The position numbers and the translations under genes were made by a program. A DNA stretch of 64,000 nt. Origin: Gemmatimonadota bacterium (GTDB taxonomy: Bacteria > Gemmatimonadota > Gemmatimonadetes > Gemmatimonadales > GWC2-71-9). The stretch lies in the NCBI GenBank assembly GCA_039930765.1, contig JBDTTF010000011.1:28815-92814 (forward strand), given 5' to 3'. Shown in pieces: positions 41,945-51,488 of the stretch. The stretch's first letter is position 1, and each line of letters starts with the position of its first letter. The notes under the pieces are model-generated. The model was not told the DNA's origin. It worked only from the letters and a program-made list of their open reading frames with translations, and did not search any database.

Positions 41945-44704
41945 ATGACGGTACAGGCGCCCGGTCTCTCCATTGGAGAGCACCGGGTTTTTGCTTGGGC
42001 GCTGCTGATTGCTGCCGCCCTCCTCCTCCCCAATCGAGTCGAGGCGCAGCAACCGGGGATCCGGGCCGATTCCACCGCGCCTGGCTTCCGGCGGGACTCG
42101 CTGCCCGATTCGGTCAAGGCCCGCCTGGGCAAGGCGCTTGATACCGCCACCGCACGGCGGCTGGGACTCCCCTCGGCACCCACCCGGTCCTTTGCCCCGG
42201 CCGATTCAATCACCGAACAGCTCCTCAGCCGGCCGGGCTATACCGTGACCCGTTACCGCTCCGACTCGGCCACCGTGTTGCCGGACGAAAAGCGGCTGCT
42301 GCTCCAGGGCAAGGCGCTGGCCGAACGGGACAGCACCCAGCTCGAGGCCGATTCGATCAGCTACCAGGAGAGCACCTGTACCCTGGATGCGCATGGGTCG
42401 CCGAACTTGTTCAACCAGGCCAATGTTCTGACCGGTCTGGGGATTCGGTATGACACCTGTCGGCGCCGGGGCGTGGTGACTGATGCCCTGACCGACTTCA
42501 AGGAAGGATCGACCGCCTGGTTCCTCCGGGGAGACATTGCCCAGGACTCGAGTTCGTCACGCCTGTTCGCGGCCTCCAGCCAGATCACCAGCTGCGACCT
42601 CCCGCTGCCGCACTACTACTTCGAGGCCAAGGAGGTGAAATGGACCAGCAGCCATTTCATCGTGGCCCGGCCGGCGGTGCTGTATATCCGGGATGTTCCG
42701 ATTCTCTGGCTGCCATTCATCTTTCAGGACACCCGGCCCGGGCGCCGGTCGGGAATCCTGGTGCCACAGTTCGGGCTCAATGACATTGTACGGCCCACCC
42801 CTGGCTACAGCCGCCAGTTCACCAATATCGGCTATTACTGGGCGCCGAACGATTACATGGATATCACGGCCAAGCTCGACTGGTATGCCAACCGGTACAC
42901 CACCTTCGGTTTCCTGGGGAGCTACCGCTGGCTCGACCGGTTCATGACCGGCAATTTCCAGTTGAGCCGGACCCTCAACAGCGGCGGCTCGCGCGGAACT
43001 ACCGTCCGGTGGAATCATCAACAGGCGTTCAACCTGAATACTTCGCTCAACCTCCAGCTGGACTACAGCACCAATACGACCCAGCTGTCCAATAATGCCA
43101 TTGATCCGCTGCTCAACACCCGCACGATTTCGAGCAACCTGAATTTCAGCCGTCGTGAGCGCTGGGGTACCATCGCCCTCGGGGCCAGCCGCCGGCAGGA
43201 AATCAGCAGCGGGCAGGTCAACATGACCCTGCCGCAGCTCAGCATCACCCCCAAGCCGCTCGATATCGGGCGCAGCATCACCTGGTCGCCCGGGGTGAGC
43301 ATCACCAATACGGTCAACACCGGACAGATCCAGCCACTGACCATCTTCGGCGCCGACAGCGTGCTGACCGACAGTCTCCGGTACAACAGCCGCAATACCA
43401 GTATCCAGATTGCCACCCCGATCCGGATCGGGAGCTTCAACTGGTCCAACAGCGTCAGCTACGTCGATCAGCACACCGGGCTGCAGACCCAGACCAGCGG
43501 GCTGCCGATCGTGAGTCCCGTCACTGGTGACACCTCGCTGGTGTCCCGCATTTCCAACGGCGACTACTCCACGGGCATCGACTGGCAGACCTCGATCGGA
43601 CTGCCGCTGCTGCTGCGCCAGAGCTGGAAGATCCAGCCGACCCTCGGGGTCTCGAATGTGGCACCCGGCCCCATGCTGCTCCGGAATGCCCGGTCCGACG
43701 GGGAGTTCGTCAGCCAGACCAAACGCTTCGGGCTGACCGTCCAGTCTTCACCGACCTTCTTCGGGTTCTACCCAGGCTTCGGATCGCTGAGCCGGATCCG
43801 GCACAGCCTCTCACCCACCATCACCTATCAATTCAATCCGGCGGCGGATGTGCCGCTCGACTACGCCAAGGCGGCGGGGCTGACCGCTATCCGGCAGCCC
43901 CAGGTCCAGTCGCTCAGCATCGGATTGTCCCAGAACATCGAAGGCAAGGGGCGGCCGACGGCGACTGACAGCACGGGACGGAAATTCCGGATCCTCTCGA
44001 TCACCACCTCGCCGCTGATCTACGACTTTGAGCAGGCCAAGCTCCCCGGCAGGACCGGATGGCAGAACCAGACCATGACCAACACCTTCCAGAGCGAATT
44101 GCTGACCGGTTTCAGCCTCAGCATCCAGCACGACCTGTGGGACGGGGTGGTCGGGACTGACAGCGCCAAATTCGATCCATTCCTGCAGAATGTTGCGGCC
44201 AATTTTTCGCTGGGCACCAATACGGTTCACGGACTGCTTCGGCTGTTCGGGCTGTATCACAAGCCGGTCTCCGGCTCCGCCACGCCCCAGGCGCCGCCAC
44301 CCAACTACCTCGGGACCATGGGCAGGCCATCGGTCTTTTCCAACTCCAACCCGCTGGCCAACCGGGCGGGCGGCCGCGGTTTCAGCGCCAGCTTCGGCTA
44401 CAATCTCCAGCGGAGCCGCCCGGTGCCGGGTCAGATTGCCACCAACGATCAAAGCGTCCATGTGACCACGAATTTCTCGGCCACCCCGTTCTGGAGCGTG
44501 TCGCTCGATACCCAGTACAGCTTTTCGTCCAACCAAGTCGTCTCGCTCGCCGTCCGGCTCCAGCGCGACCTGCACGACTGGCGGGCCGGTTTCGATTTCC
44601 AGCGCAACGCCAACGGCAATTTTGCCTTCTACTTCTCGATCGCACTGATCGACCTGCCGCAGCTCAAGTTCGACTATAACCAGACCACCCAGAAGACCGA
44701 GTAG
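41945..44704 (+). CDS. lptD: LPS-assembly outer-membrane protein LptD homologue
   Basis: OstA-like N-terminus (LEADSISYQ), TSCDLPLPHYYFEAKEVKW, IRDVPILWLPFIFQDTRPGRRSGILVPQFG, YYWAPNDYMD, long beta-barrel; alternative start 41903. Confidence 0.75.
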   Translation: MTVQAPGLSIGEHRVFAWALLIAAALLLPNRVEAQQPGIRADSTAPGFRRDSLPDSVKARLGKALDTATARRLGLPSAPTRSFAPADSITEQLLSRPGYTVTRYRSDSATVLPDEKRLLLQGKALAERDSTQLEADSISYQESTCTLDAHGSPNLFNQANVLTGLGIRYDTCRRRGVVTDALTDFKEGSTAWFLRGDIAQDSSSSRLFAASSQITSCDLPLPHYYFEAKEVKWTSSHFIVARPAVLYIRDVPILWLPFIFQDTRPGRRSGILVPQFGLNDIVRPTPGYSRQFTNIGYYWAPNDYMDITAKLDWYANRYTTFGFLGSYRWLDRFMTGNFQLSRTLNSGGSRGTTVRWNHQQAFNLNTSLNLQLDYSTNTTQLSNNAIDPLLNTRTISSNLNFSRRERWGTIALGASRRQEISSGQVNMTLPQLSITPKPLDIGRSITWSPGVSITNTVNTGQIQPLTIFGADSVLTDSLRYNSRNTSIQIATPIRIGSFNWSNSVSYVDQHTGLQTQTSGLPIVSPVTGDTSLVSRISNGDYSTGIDWQTSIGLPLLLRQSWKIQPTLGVSNVAPGPMLLRNARSDGEFVSQTKRFGLTVQSSPTFFGFYPGFGSLSRIRHSLSPTITYQFNPAADVPLDYAKAAGLTAIRQPQVQSLSIGLSQNIEGKGRPTATDSTGRKFRILSITTSPLIYDFEQAKLPGRTGWQNQTMTNTFQSELLTGFSLSIQHDLWDGVVGTDSAKFDPFLQNVAANFSLGTNTVHGLLRLFGLYHKPVSGSATPQAPPPNYLGTMGRPSVFSNSNPLANRAGGRGFSASFGYNLQRSRPVPGQIATNDQSVHVTTNFSATPFWSVSLDTQYSFSSNQVVSLAVRLQRDLHDWRAGFDFQRNANGNFAFYFSIALIDLPQLKFDYNQTTQKTE

Positions 44705-44833
44705 TGTCCCCCCGCCGGGACGAACGCTGTCCAGGAACCATTCCGTAACCTTTTCAGTTATAATGGCTTAGCGAGTTGCTGCTGATGGCATGCCCTCTGC
44801 AACTGCACTCGTTGATTTCCCCTTGGAGACACT

Positions 44834-45976
44834 ATGCGCTGGTCATCTCTGGTGGTTCTGGGCGGTACGCTTGCGCTGACCCAGGCCTGCAATACCTACG
44901 ACGGAGGCAACGGCCCCACCGGCGAGCTACCCGCACCCAGCGATCTCACCTACCAGGTTGAGCCGGTCAGCCCGGCAACTGATGCCCCCACTGGAGTCCT
45001 CCTGAGCTGGCAGTCCAGCTCGGATCCCGCCCTCGCGGTGTGGCACGTGTACTCACGAGGATCGAGCGGCGGTGCCTTCAGCCTCCGGGCCTCGACCACT
45101 TCGCCGTCGTTCCATGATGCCGGTGTGCCGGATCTCGACTACTACGTGACGGCGGAAGATGTCGATGGCGGCGAGTCGGCCCCCAGTGCGGTAGTCACCA
45201 TCGATGAGCGTCTCGCGCTGGTCAAGCCAACCGCCCTCACCAGCACCTCCCTCAACGGTGCCGCGATGCTCAGCTGGACCGACAACGCCTACACTTCCAA
45301 TCCCACCCGGTTCAGCAACTACCGGATCTACAGCAGCAGCTACGATCTTGACCTCAACGTCTGTGGCACCAGCTGGAGCCTGGAGGGGACGACCGTGGCG
45401 CCGGAATTCCTGGTTGGTGCCCTGACCAACGGGGTACCCCGCTGCTTCGGGGTGACCGCGGTGAGCGTCGAAGGCTACGAAAGCCTCTGGTCGCCGCTCA
45501 GAAACGATACGCCGCGCCCGGACTCGCACAACATCGTTGTCTACGCCCGGCAGGCGCAGGACGCGGGGAGCGGTTTCCGGTTCTGGCGGGACACCAACCA
45601 CAACGGCCAGGTCGATGCCGGAGAACTCGGCCAGGTTGGCTCGGGCACACTGGCTGACAACGACCTGACCGTCGAGCGGGATGGGACCGGCAAGCTGTTC
45701 CTGGCGCCGCTCCGGGCGGGCACCGGCATTCAGATCTGGGGCAATGCGCCGGCCGGGGACTTAACCGACGTGGATTATGCGCCAGCTGATGGCTATACCA
45801 CCGACCAGATCGAGGCGGTTCCAGGCTGGGCATATGTCCTCGAAATGTCCGGCGGCGACAGCTTCGCGCGGTACGGCGCACTTCGGGTGACCCATGTCGG
45901 GACCGACTACCTGATCCTCGACTGGGCGTTCCAGACTGATCCGGGTGATCCGGAACTGATCGTCAAGCAGCATTGA
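44834..45976 (+). CDS. uncharacterised lipoprotein with two FN3-like modules and a C-terminal beta domain
   Basis: Lipobox LALTQAC; GGAGA SD 5 nt upstream; repeated pattern (LSW...Y.VY/IY...V.A.D..G.ES) typical of FN3-like folds. Confidence 0.6.
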   Translation: MRWSSLVVLGGTLALTQACNTYDGGNGPTGELPAPSDLTYQVEPVSPATDAPTGVLLSWQSSSDPALAVWHVYSRGSSGGAFSLRASTTSPSFHDAGVPDLDYYVTAEDVDGGESAPSAVVTIDERLALVKPTALTSTSLNGAAMLSWTDNAYTSNPTRFSNYRIYSSSYDLDLNVCGTSWSLEGTTVAPEFLVGALTNGVPRCFGVTAVSVEGYESLWSPLRNDTPRPDSHNIVVYARQAQDAGSGFRFWRDTNHNGQVDAGELGQVGSGTLADNDLTVERDGTGKLFLAPLRAGTGIQIWGNAPAGDLTDVDYAPADGYTTDQIEAVPGWAYVLEMSGGDSFARYGALRVTHVGTDYLILDWAFQTDPGDPELIVKQH

Positions 45977-45985
45977 TGCAGGCAG

Positions 45986-46020
45986 GCGGGGGCCACCGAG
46001 CGGTGGCCCCCGCTGCGTTT
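45986..46020 (+). terminator. rho-independent terminator
   Basis: GCGGGGGCCACC-GAGC-GGTGGCCCCCGC (12-bp stem) followed by TGCGTTT. Confidence 0.65.
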
Positions 46021-46055
46021 GCCCCCCGCCGGACGGCTGGCCATACTTCCGCCCC

Positions 46056-47603
46056 ATGACGATCTCGCCGCTGGTACTCGACGGACAATCCCTTTCGCTT
46101 GACAGCTTCGTGGCTGCCGCCCGCAGTCCCGAGACGCCGGTCAGTATCGCTCCAGCCGCACTGGCCGCTCTGGCCGCCAGCCGCGACCGGGTCGATCGCG
46201 CCATCGCCACCGGGGCCACGATGTACGGGATCAACACCGGCTTTGGCAAGCTGGCCAATATCCGGATTGCGCCGGATCAGCTCGAAACACTCCAGGCCAA
46301 CCTGATTCGGAGCCACGCGGCTGGAGTGGGCGCGCCATTGCCGCCCGAGGTGGTCCGCGGTCTGATGCTGCTCCGGGCCAATGTGTTGATCCGTCCGACC
46401 AGCGGGGTAAGGCCGGCCCTGGCTGACGCCCTTGTCGCGCTGCTCAACGCGGGGATCGTGCCTTGGGTGCCCGAGCAGGGAAGTGTCGGCGCCAGCGGCG
46501 ACCTGGCTCCACTCAGTCATGTGGCCCAGGCGCTGATGGGTGAAGGCCACGTCCTGCAAGACGGCGAGCGCCGGCCGGCCCTGCCAATCCTCGAAGCGGC
46601 ACGGCTCACACCGTTCCGGTTTGGTCCCAAGGAAGGGTTGGCGTTCATCAATGGCACCCAGGCCCAGACCGCCCTGCTCGCCCTGCTGGTTCATGACTCG
46701 GCCTCACTCTGGGATACCGCCATCGGCGCTGCCGCGATGAGTCTCGAGGCCCTCCGGGGTACGCCGGTGCCGCTCGATGAACGGATCCACGCGGCCCGGC
46801 CCCACCGGGGTCAGCTGATGGCGGCGCGCCTGATGCGCGGGCTGCTGGAACACAGCCAGATCCGGGAATCGCACCGGGAAAACGATGACCGGGTCCAGGA
46901 TGCCTACAGCCTCCGCTGTACTCCGCAGGTCCTCGGCGCTGTGGCGGATGCCATCGAGTTTGCTGCTACCACCGCCCGGGTCGAACTGAACGCTTCGACC
47001 GACAACCCCCTGGTTTTCGAGGATGGCAGCGTGCTCTCGGGCGGCAACTTTCACGGCCAACCCGTGGCCCAGGCGCTCGACTTGCTGGCCATTACGATGA
47101 CGACGCTGCAGGCGCTGGCCGAGCGCAGGGTCGAACGGCTGGTGAACCCGGACCTGTCCCAGGGGCTGCCTGCCTTCCTGACCGGCGATCCGGGCCTTCG
47201 CTCCGGTTTCATGATGGTGCAGATCACCGCCGCGTCGCTGGTGGCTGAGTCGCGGACGCTCTGCTATCCGGCCAGCATCGGGTCGATTCCCACCGATGCC
47301 AACCAGGAGGACTTCGTGCCAATGGGAATGGCCGCGGCCTGGAAGGCCCGTCGGGTCCTGGCCAACGGGCGGCTGGTGGTGGCGGCTGAGCTGCTCTGTG
47401 CCACCCAGGGACTCGAATTCCTGGCGCCACTGACGCCCGGCGCTGGGGTCGCCGACTTGTACCGCCGAGTCCGGCAGGGGGCGGATGCCGTGGCGGCGCT
47501 GGCGGACGACCGCTCGCCCGGTCCCGATCTGGAACAGCTCGCCTTCCGGATTGGCCGTGGCGACTTCAGACCTGCCGGGGGGAGCCAGCGGTGGCCTGGC
47601 TGA
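46056..47603 (+). CDS. hutH: histidine ammonia-lyase
   Basis: GINTGFGKLA, MIO triad in GSVGASGDLAPLSH, substrate-selectivity position reads SH (NLIRSHAAGVG) as in HALs rather than HL/FL of TAL/PAL (from memory). Confidence 0.85.
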   Translation: MTISPLVLDGQSLSLDSFVAAARSPETPVSIAPAALAALAASRDRVDRAIATGATMYGINTGFGKLANIRIAPDQLETLQANLIRSHAAGVGAPLPPEVVRGLMLLRANVLIRPTSGVRPALADALVALLNAGIVPWVPEQGSVGASGDLAPLSHVAQALMGEGHVLQDGERRPALPILEAARLTPFRFGPKEGLAFINGTQAQTALLALLVHDSASLWDTAIGAAAMSLEALRGTPVPLDERIHAARPHRGQLMAARLMRGLLEHSQIRESHRENDDRVQDAYSLRCTPQVLGAVADAIEFAATTARVELNASTDNPLVFEDGSVLSGGNFHGQPVAQALDLLAITMTTLQALAERRVERLVNPDLSQGLPAFLTGDPGLRSGFMMVQITAASLVAESRTLCYPASIGSIPTDANQEDFVPMGMAAAWKARRVLANGRLVVAAELLCATQGLEFLAPLTPGAGVADLYRRVRQGADAVAALADDRSPGPDLEQLAFRIGRGDFRPAGGSQRWPG

Positions 47604-47631
47604 GTTTCCCAAACTCAGGCAGGACTTTGGC

Positions 47632-47660
47632 TTGCCACCCTCCCGGGCCACCCGTATCTT
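47632..47660 (+). promoter_or_regulatory. candidate promoter of the 835-aa TPR gene
   Basis: TTGCCA (47632-47637), 17-nt spacer, TATCTT (47655-47660). Confidence 0.4.
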
Positions 47661-47711
47661 CTCTGGAGAGGCACCGGCAGTACCCACCGAACCCCCAACC
47701 CACTTGACCGG

Positions 47712-50219
47712 ATGAACTTCGATAAGCTCAAGGAGTCCGCCAGAAAGTACGAGCAGGGCGGGGACTGGCGGCGGGCCATCGAGGTGTACCAGAAGGCCAT
47801 CCAGGAGTTCGAGGCCGGCAACGATCCGGCGGCCGACCTCTCGATCTACAATCGTGTCGGTGATCTCTACCTCAAGGCCAATGATCCGGCGGGGGCGGTG
47901 CAGGCCTATGAAAAGGCTGCCGACCTCTACCGCGAACAGGGCTTCTACAACAACGCCATCGCACTCTGCGGCAAGATTCTTCGGGTCAATCCGGGACGCA
48001 GCCGGACCTATCTGACGCTCGCCTACCTGCACGCCCACAAGAACGTCGTCATCGAAGCCAAGAAGAATCTGCTCGAGTACCTCGACCGGATGAACGCCAC
48101 CAACCAGCTGGATGAGGCGTTCAAGGTGATGAAGGAGTTTGCCGATCACTTCCCCGGCAACAAGGACCTGCGGCTGATGCTGAGCGATCTGCTCCGCGCC
48201 TCTTCACGCGATGAAGAGGCCAGGGAGCAGCTCGAGAAGCTGGCCAGTGATCTCGAGGCCCGGGGCGATGCGGTCGGCGCACGGCGCACCCTGCAGAAGC
48301 TCCACGCCATGGATCTGCCTGAGGGCCCGACCGGCGTGAAGCCACCCACCAAGGGCGACCTGGTCTTTCTCGATACCGGTTACGAAACGCCATCAGGGCG
48401 GGCGGCCGCGGCGGCCGCCGCGCCGCGCCGGCGGACCACGGTCCGGCTTCCGAGCGCTGGCCTGCCGCCGGCCGAGCCCGAGGCCGAGCCGCTCGAAATC
48501 GAAGGATCGGCACTGACCACCGAGGCGATCGCGCTGGAGCCGGCGATGCCACTGAGCGATGAAGCCTCGCTCGAGATGACCTCCCTCGACGTCGGGCTGG
48601 CGCTGGGATTCGAACCGACCAGTAGTGAGGGCGAAATAGCCGCCGACGTGTCGCTGGTCGACGGACTCGAGACGGATCCGACGGCCGGAGTGGATGCGGG
48701 CGTCGACCGGGTGGAAGGACTGGAAACTGGGCTTGCCGGCGTCGAGGAGGAACTCGGCGTGGAGTACTCGCCGTCCGAGGTTGATGGTGGCGAGCCGCTG
48801 CTCGACGTCGAGCCGACCAGCCTTGCCGCCGACCTTGAGCCGCTCGAGGCGCTGTCTCCCGAGGATGATCTCAGCGATGAGCTCGACGAGGCGCTGGCGG
48901 GAATGGCCTCGGCGGCGGCGGAAACGACCGGCAGCGACCTGGGGCTCGACCTGATCGATTCCGAGCTGACGGCGGTTGAGGATCAGCCGGCCGAGGTCAG
49001 CGAACTCGAAGTCGACGAACTGCTGGACGTGAACGAAACGGTGGAAGCCGCCGCGGTTCAGACGACCCTGGCCGATCTCGAGGGCCGAGTATTTGACGAT
49101 CCGGACAACCCGGAGCATCACCGGGCCCTCGGTGAAGCGCTGCTCGCCAGCGGCGAGGCCGAACGCGGGCTGGAAGAACTGGATCTCGCCCTCTCCTCGT
49201 ACGAAGCGCAGGAGGACTGGGAGCGGGCCACCGATATGGTCGGCGAGCTTACCCGGCTCGAGCCGTCGGCGGTCCGTCATTACCAGAAGCGGGTCGAACT
49301 CGCTTATCGGGTCGGCGATCGTGGCCGCCTGATCGGGGCCTACCTGGAGCTGGGAGATGCCCTGATGCGGGCCGGGGCTGTGGACAAGGCGCTGGCGGTC
49401 TACAGTCGAGTCGCCGAGCACGATCCCGAGAATCAGCGGGCCCGCCTGGCCCTCGAAACGCTTGCCCCTCTGGAGGAAGAACCGGAGGCACCGGCACCGG
49501 CACCGGCGCCGGCACCGGCCGCCGCCGCGACGCCGGTCAGCGCCGCGCCGCCATCCGTGTCCCCACCGGTGGCGCCGCCCGCGCTGCCGCCGTCGATGCG
49601 GATGTCGACCGCCGAACCGATCGCCCAGGTGGAACAGCCCGCGCTGCCGCGCCGGGCCTCGAGCGCGGAAGCGGTGCCGGCTGGCTCGACCGACTTTATC
49701 GATCTGGGCGCCTTCATCATGGACGAGGAAAAGCCTCGCGATCTCAGGATGAAGGCCGAGAGCGAGCAGAAGACCGGCGACGAGCAGAAGGATTTCCGCG
49801 ACATGCTGGTGGCCTTCAAGCGCGGCATCGACGAGAATATCGACGCCGAGGACTTCCAGGCCCACTACGACATGGGTGTCGCGTTCAAGGAAATGGGGTT
49901 GCTCGACGAGGCCATCGCCGAATTCCAGAAGGCGCTGCGGTCGCCGGAAGGTCGGCTACGGACCTCCGAGGCCCTGGGCGTCGCGTTCTACGAAAAGGGG
50001 CAATTCGCCATCGCCGAAGCCATCCTCAAGCGGGCGGTCGAGACCCTCGGGGCCAGCGATGACGAGCAGATCGGCCTGATCTACTGGCTGGCTCGCTCGA
50101 CCGAGGCCCAGCAGAAGAATCCCGCCTCCATCAACTGGTACGAACGGGTCATGGCCGTCGATATCGGGTTCATGGATGCCAGCGCGCGGATGCAGCAACT
50201 GGCCGGGCGGACGGCGTGA
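47712..50219 (+). CDS. 835-aa TPR protein: N-terminal TPR module, about 400-aa acidic/Pro-Ala-rich low-complexity centre, C-terminal TPR module
   Basis: N-terminus IYNRVGDLYLKANDPAGAVQAYEKAADLY; C-terminus HYDMGVAFKEMGLLDEAIAEFQKAL; centre dominated by E/D/L/A/P. Confidence 0.7.
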   Translation: MNFDKLKESARKYEQGGDWRRAIEVYQKAIQEFEAGNDPAADLSIYNRVGDLYLKANDPAGAVQAYEKAADLYREQGFYNNAIALCGKILRVNPGRSRTYLTLAYLHAHKNVVIEAKKNLLEYLDRMNATNQLDEAFKVMKEFADHFPGNKDLRLMLSDLLRASSRDEEAREQLEKLASDLEARGDAVGARRTLQKLHAMDLPEGPTGVKPPTKGDLVFLDTGYETPSGRAAAAAAAPRRRTTVRLPSAGLPPAEPEAEPLEIEGSALTTEAIALEPAMPLSDEASLEMTSLDVGLALGFEPTSSEGEIAADVSLVDGLETDPTAGVDAGVDRVEGLETGLAGVEEELGVEYSPSEVDGGEPLLDVEPTSLAADLEPLEALSPEDDLSDELDEALAGMASAAAETTGSDLGLDLIDSELTAVEDQPAEVSELEVDELLDVNETVEAAAVQTTLADLEGRVFDDPDNPEHHRALGEALLASGEAERGLEELDLALSSYEAQEDWERATDMVGELTRLEPSAVRHYQKRVELAYRVGDRGRLIGAYLELGDALMRAGAVDKALAVYSRVAEHDPENQRARLALETLAPLEEEPEAPAPAPAPAPAAAATPVSAAPPSVSPPVAPPALPPSMRMSTAEPIAQVEQPALPRRASSAEAVPAGSTDFIDLGAFIMDEEKPRDLRMKAESEQKTGDEQKDFRDMLVAFKRGIDENIDAEDFQAHYDMGVAFKEMGLLDEAIAEFQKALRSPEGRLRTSEALGVAFYEKGQFAIAEAILKRAVETLGASDDEQIGLIYWLARSTEAQQKNPASINWYERVMAVDIGFMDASARMQQLAGRTA

Positions 50220-51205
50220 ATTCGCAGACCACCCCGGTCAGCCTGGGCGAGATCCAGGCGCCCCTGCGCGAACGCCTCGAGGCCGTGCGCCAGGAGATCC
50301 GGCGCGTGGTCCAGAGTGATTTCGGGTTGATCGCCGAGGTCAATTCCCACCTGCTGCAGATGCAGGGCAAGCTGTTCCGCCCGACGCTGGTGCTGCTCTC
50401 CGATGAGGCGGTCGGCGGCGCTGACCCCCGCGCGGCCACGCTGTCCGCGGTGCTCGAACTGATCCATCTCGCCACCCTGGTGCACGACGACTCGGTCGAT
50501 CATTCCGCCCTGCGGCGGGGCATGCCGACCATCAACGCCCTGTTCAGTCACCAGATTTCGGTGATCATGGGTGACTACCTGTACTCCCGGGCCATGGTGG
50601 AACTGGTCAGGCTCGACGACCTCGAACCGCTCCGGATCGCCGCCCGAGTCACCAACGAGATGACCGTCGGTGAAATGCGCCAACTCCTGGCGGTGGAGCC
50701 GATGGCGTTTTCCGAGTCCGAGTATGATCTGCTGATCCGGGCCAAAACGGCATCACTGATGTCAGGGGCCTGCGAAATCGGGGCGCTCCCCGGCACTGCC
50801 CAGGAACGGACCGCACTGCGGCTGTTCGGCGAGTACCTCGGGATGGCATTCCAGATCGTTGATGACCTGCTGGATTACACCGGCGATGCGTCGGAGACGG
50901 GCAAGCCTTCCGGCGCGGACCTCCGCGAGCACAAGGTGACGCTGCCGCTGATCTGGGCGCTGGAGCGGATGAGCGGAGCCGAGCGGGACAAGGTGCGTCG
51001 GCTGATGAACACCCCGGAGCCGGGCGACGACCAGATTGCCGAGGTGGTCGAGCGAGTCGCGGCCATCGGCGGACTGGAGTACGCCGGATTACGGGCCGCT
51101 GCATTGGGCGAGAAGGCTGAAGCCGAACTGGACCGGCTCCGCCCCACCGCTGCCCGGGAATCGCTCAGGGCCACGATTCCCTACGTGCTGGAGCGCAGGC
51201 GCTGA
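50216..51205 (+). CDS. all-trans polyprenyl-diphosphate synthase (IspB/HepT-like)
   Basis: First Asp-rich motif LVHDDSVD, second FQIVDDLLDY, GKPSGADLREHKVTLP. Confidence 0.85.
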   Translation: MNSQTTPVSLGEIQAPLRERLEAVRQEIRRVVQSDFGLIAEVNSHLLQMQGKLFRPTLVLLSDEAVGGADPRAATLSAVLELIHLATLVHDDSVDHSALRRGMPTINALFSHQISVIMGDYLYSRAMVELVRLDDLEPLRIAARVTNEMTVGEMRQLLAVEPMAFSESEYDLLIRAKTASLMSGACEIGALPGTAQERTALRLFGEYLGMAFQIVDDLLDYTGDASETGKPSGADLREHKVTLPLIWALERMSGAERDKVRRLMNTPEPGDDQIAEVVERVAAIGGLEYAGLRAAALGEKAEAELDRLRPTAARESLRATIPYVLERRR

Positions 51206-51477
51206 TGGCCAGCGGTCCGCGGAGGCCGGGATTCTATCTCGGGGTGCTGGTGTGCGGTTTCCTGGTGGGCGGCTTCCTCACCGGGCTGCTGCAGCAATTC
51301 CTGCCGGCCAGCGCGTTCAAGGAATTCTTCACCACCACCCTGACACCCACCGTGGGTCCTATGTCTCTGGACCTGCTTGTGATTAGCTTTACCCTGGGGC
51401 CCGTGGGGCTCCACATTTCCCTGCTCAGTCTGGTGGGTGTCGCGATCGCCTACTTCGTTGCCCGGTCGCTCTTCTAA
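51205..51477 (+). CDS. small membrane protein (DUF4321-like by recollection)
   Basis: 90 aa, two hydrophobic segments; TGATG junction with the upstream gene. Confidence 0.5.
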   Translation: MASGPRRPGFYLGVLVCGFLVGGFLTGLLQQFLPASAFKEFFTTTLTPTVGPMSLDLLVISFTLGPVGLHISLLSLVGVAIAYFVARSLF

Positions 51478-51488
51478 GGACGGTCCGT

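Noticed and set aside
44759-44764. TATAAT upstream of the FN3-like lipoprotein as a full promoter call
   Set aside because: No acceptable -35 hexamer occurs at 16-18 nt (AACCAT/GAACCA) and there is only a partial extended -10. It is mentioned in the findings but not listed as a feature.
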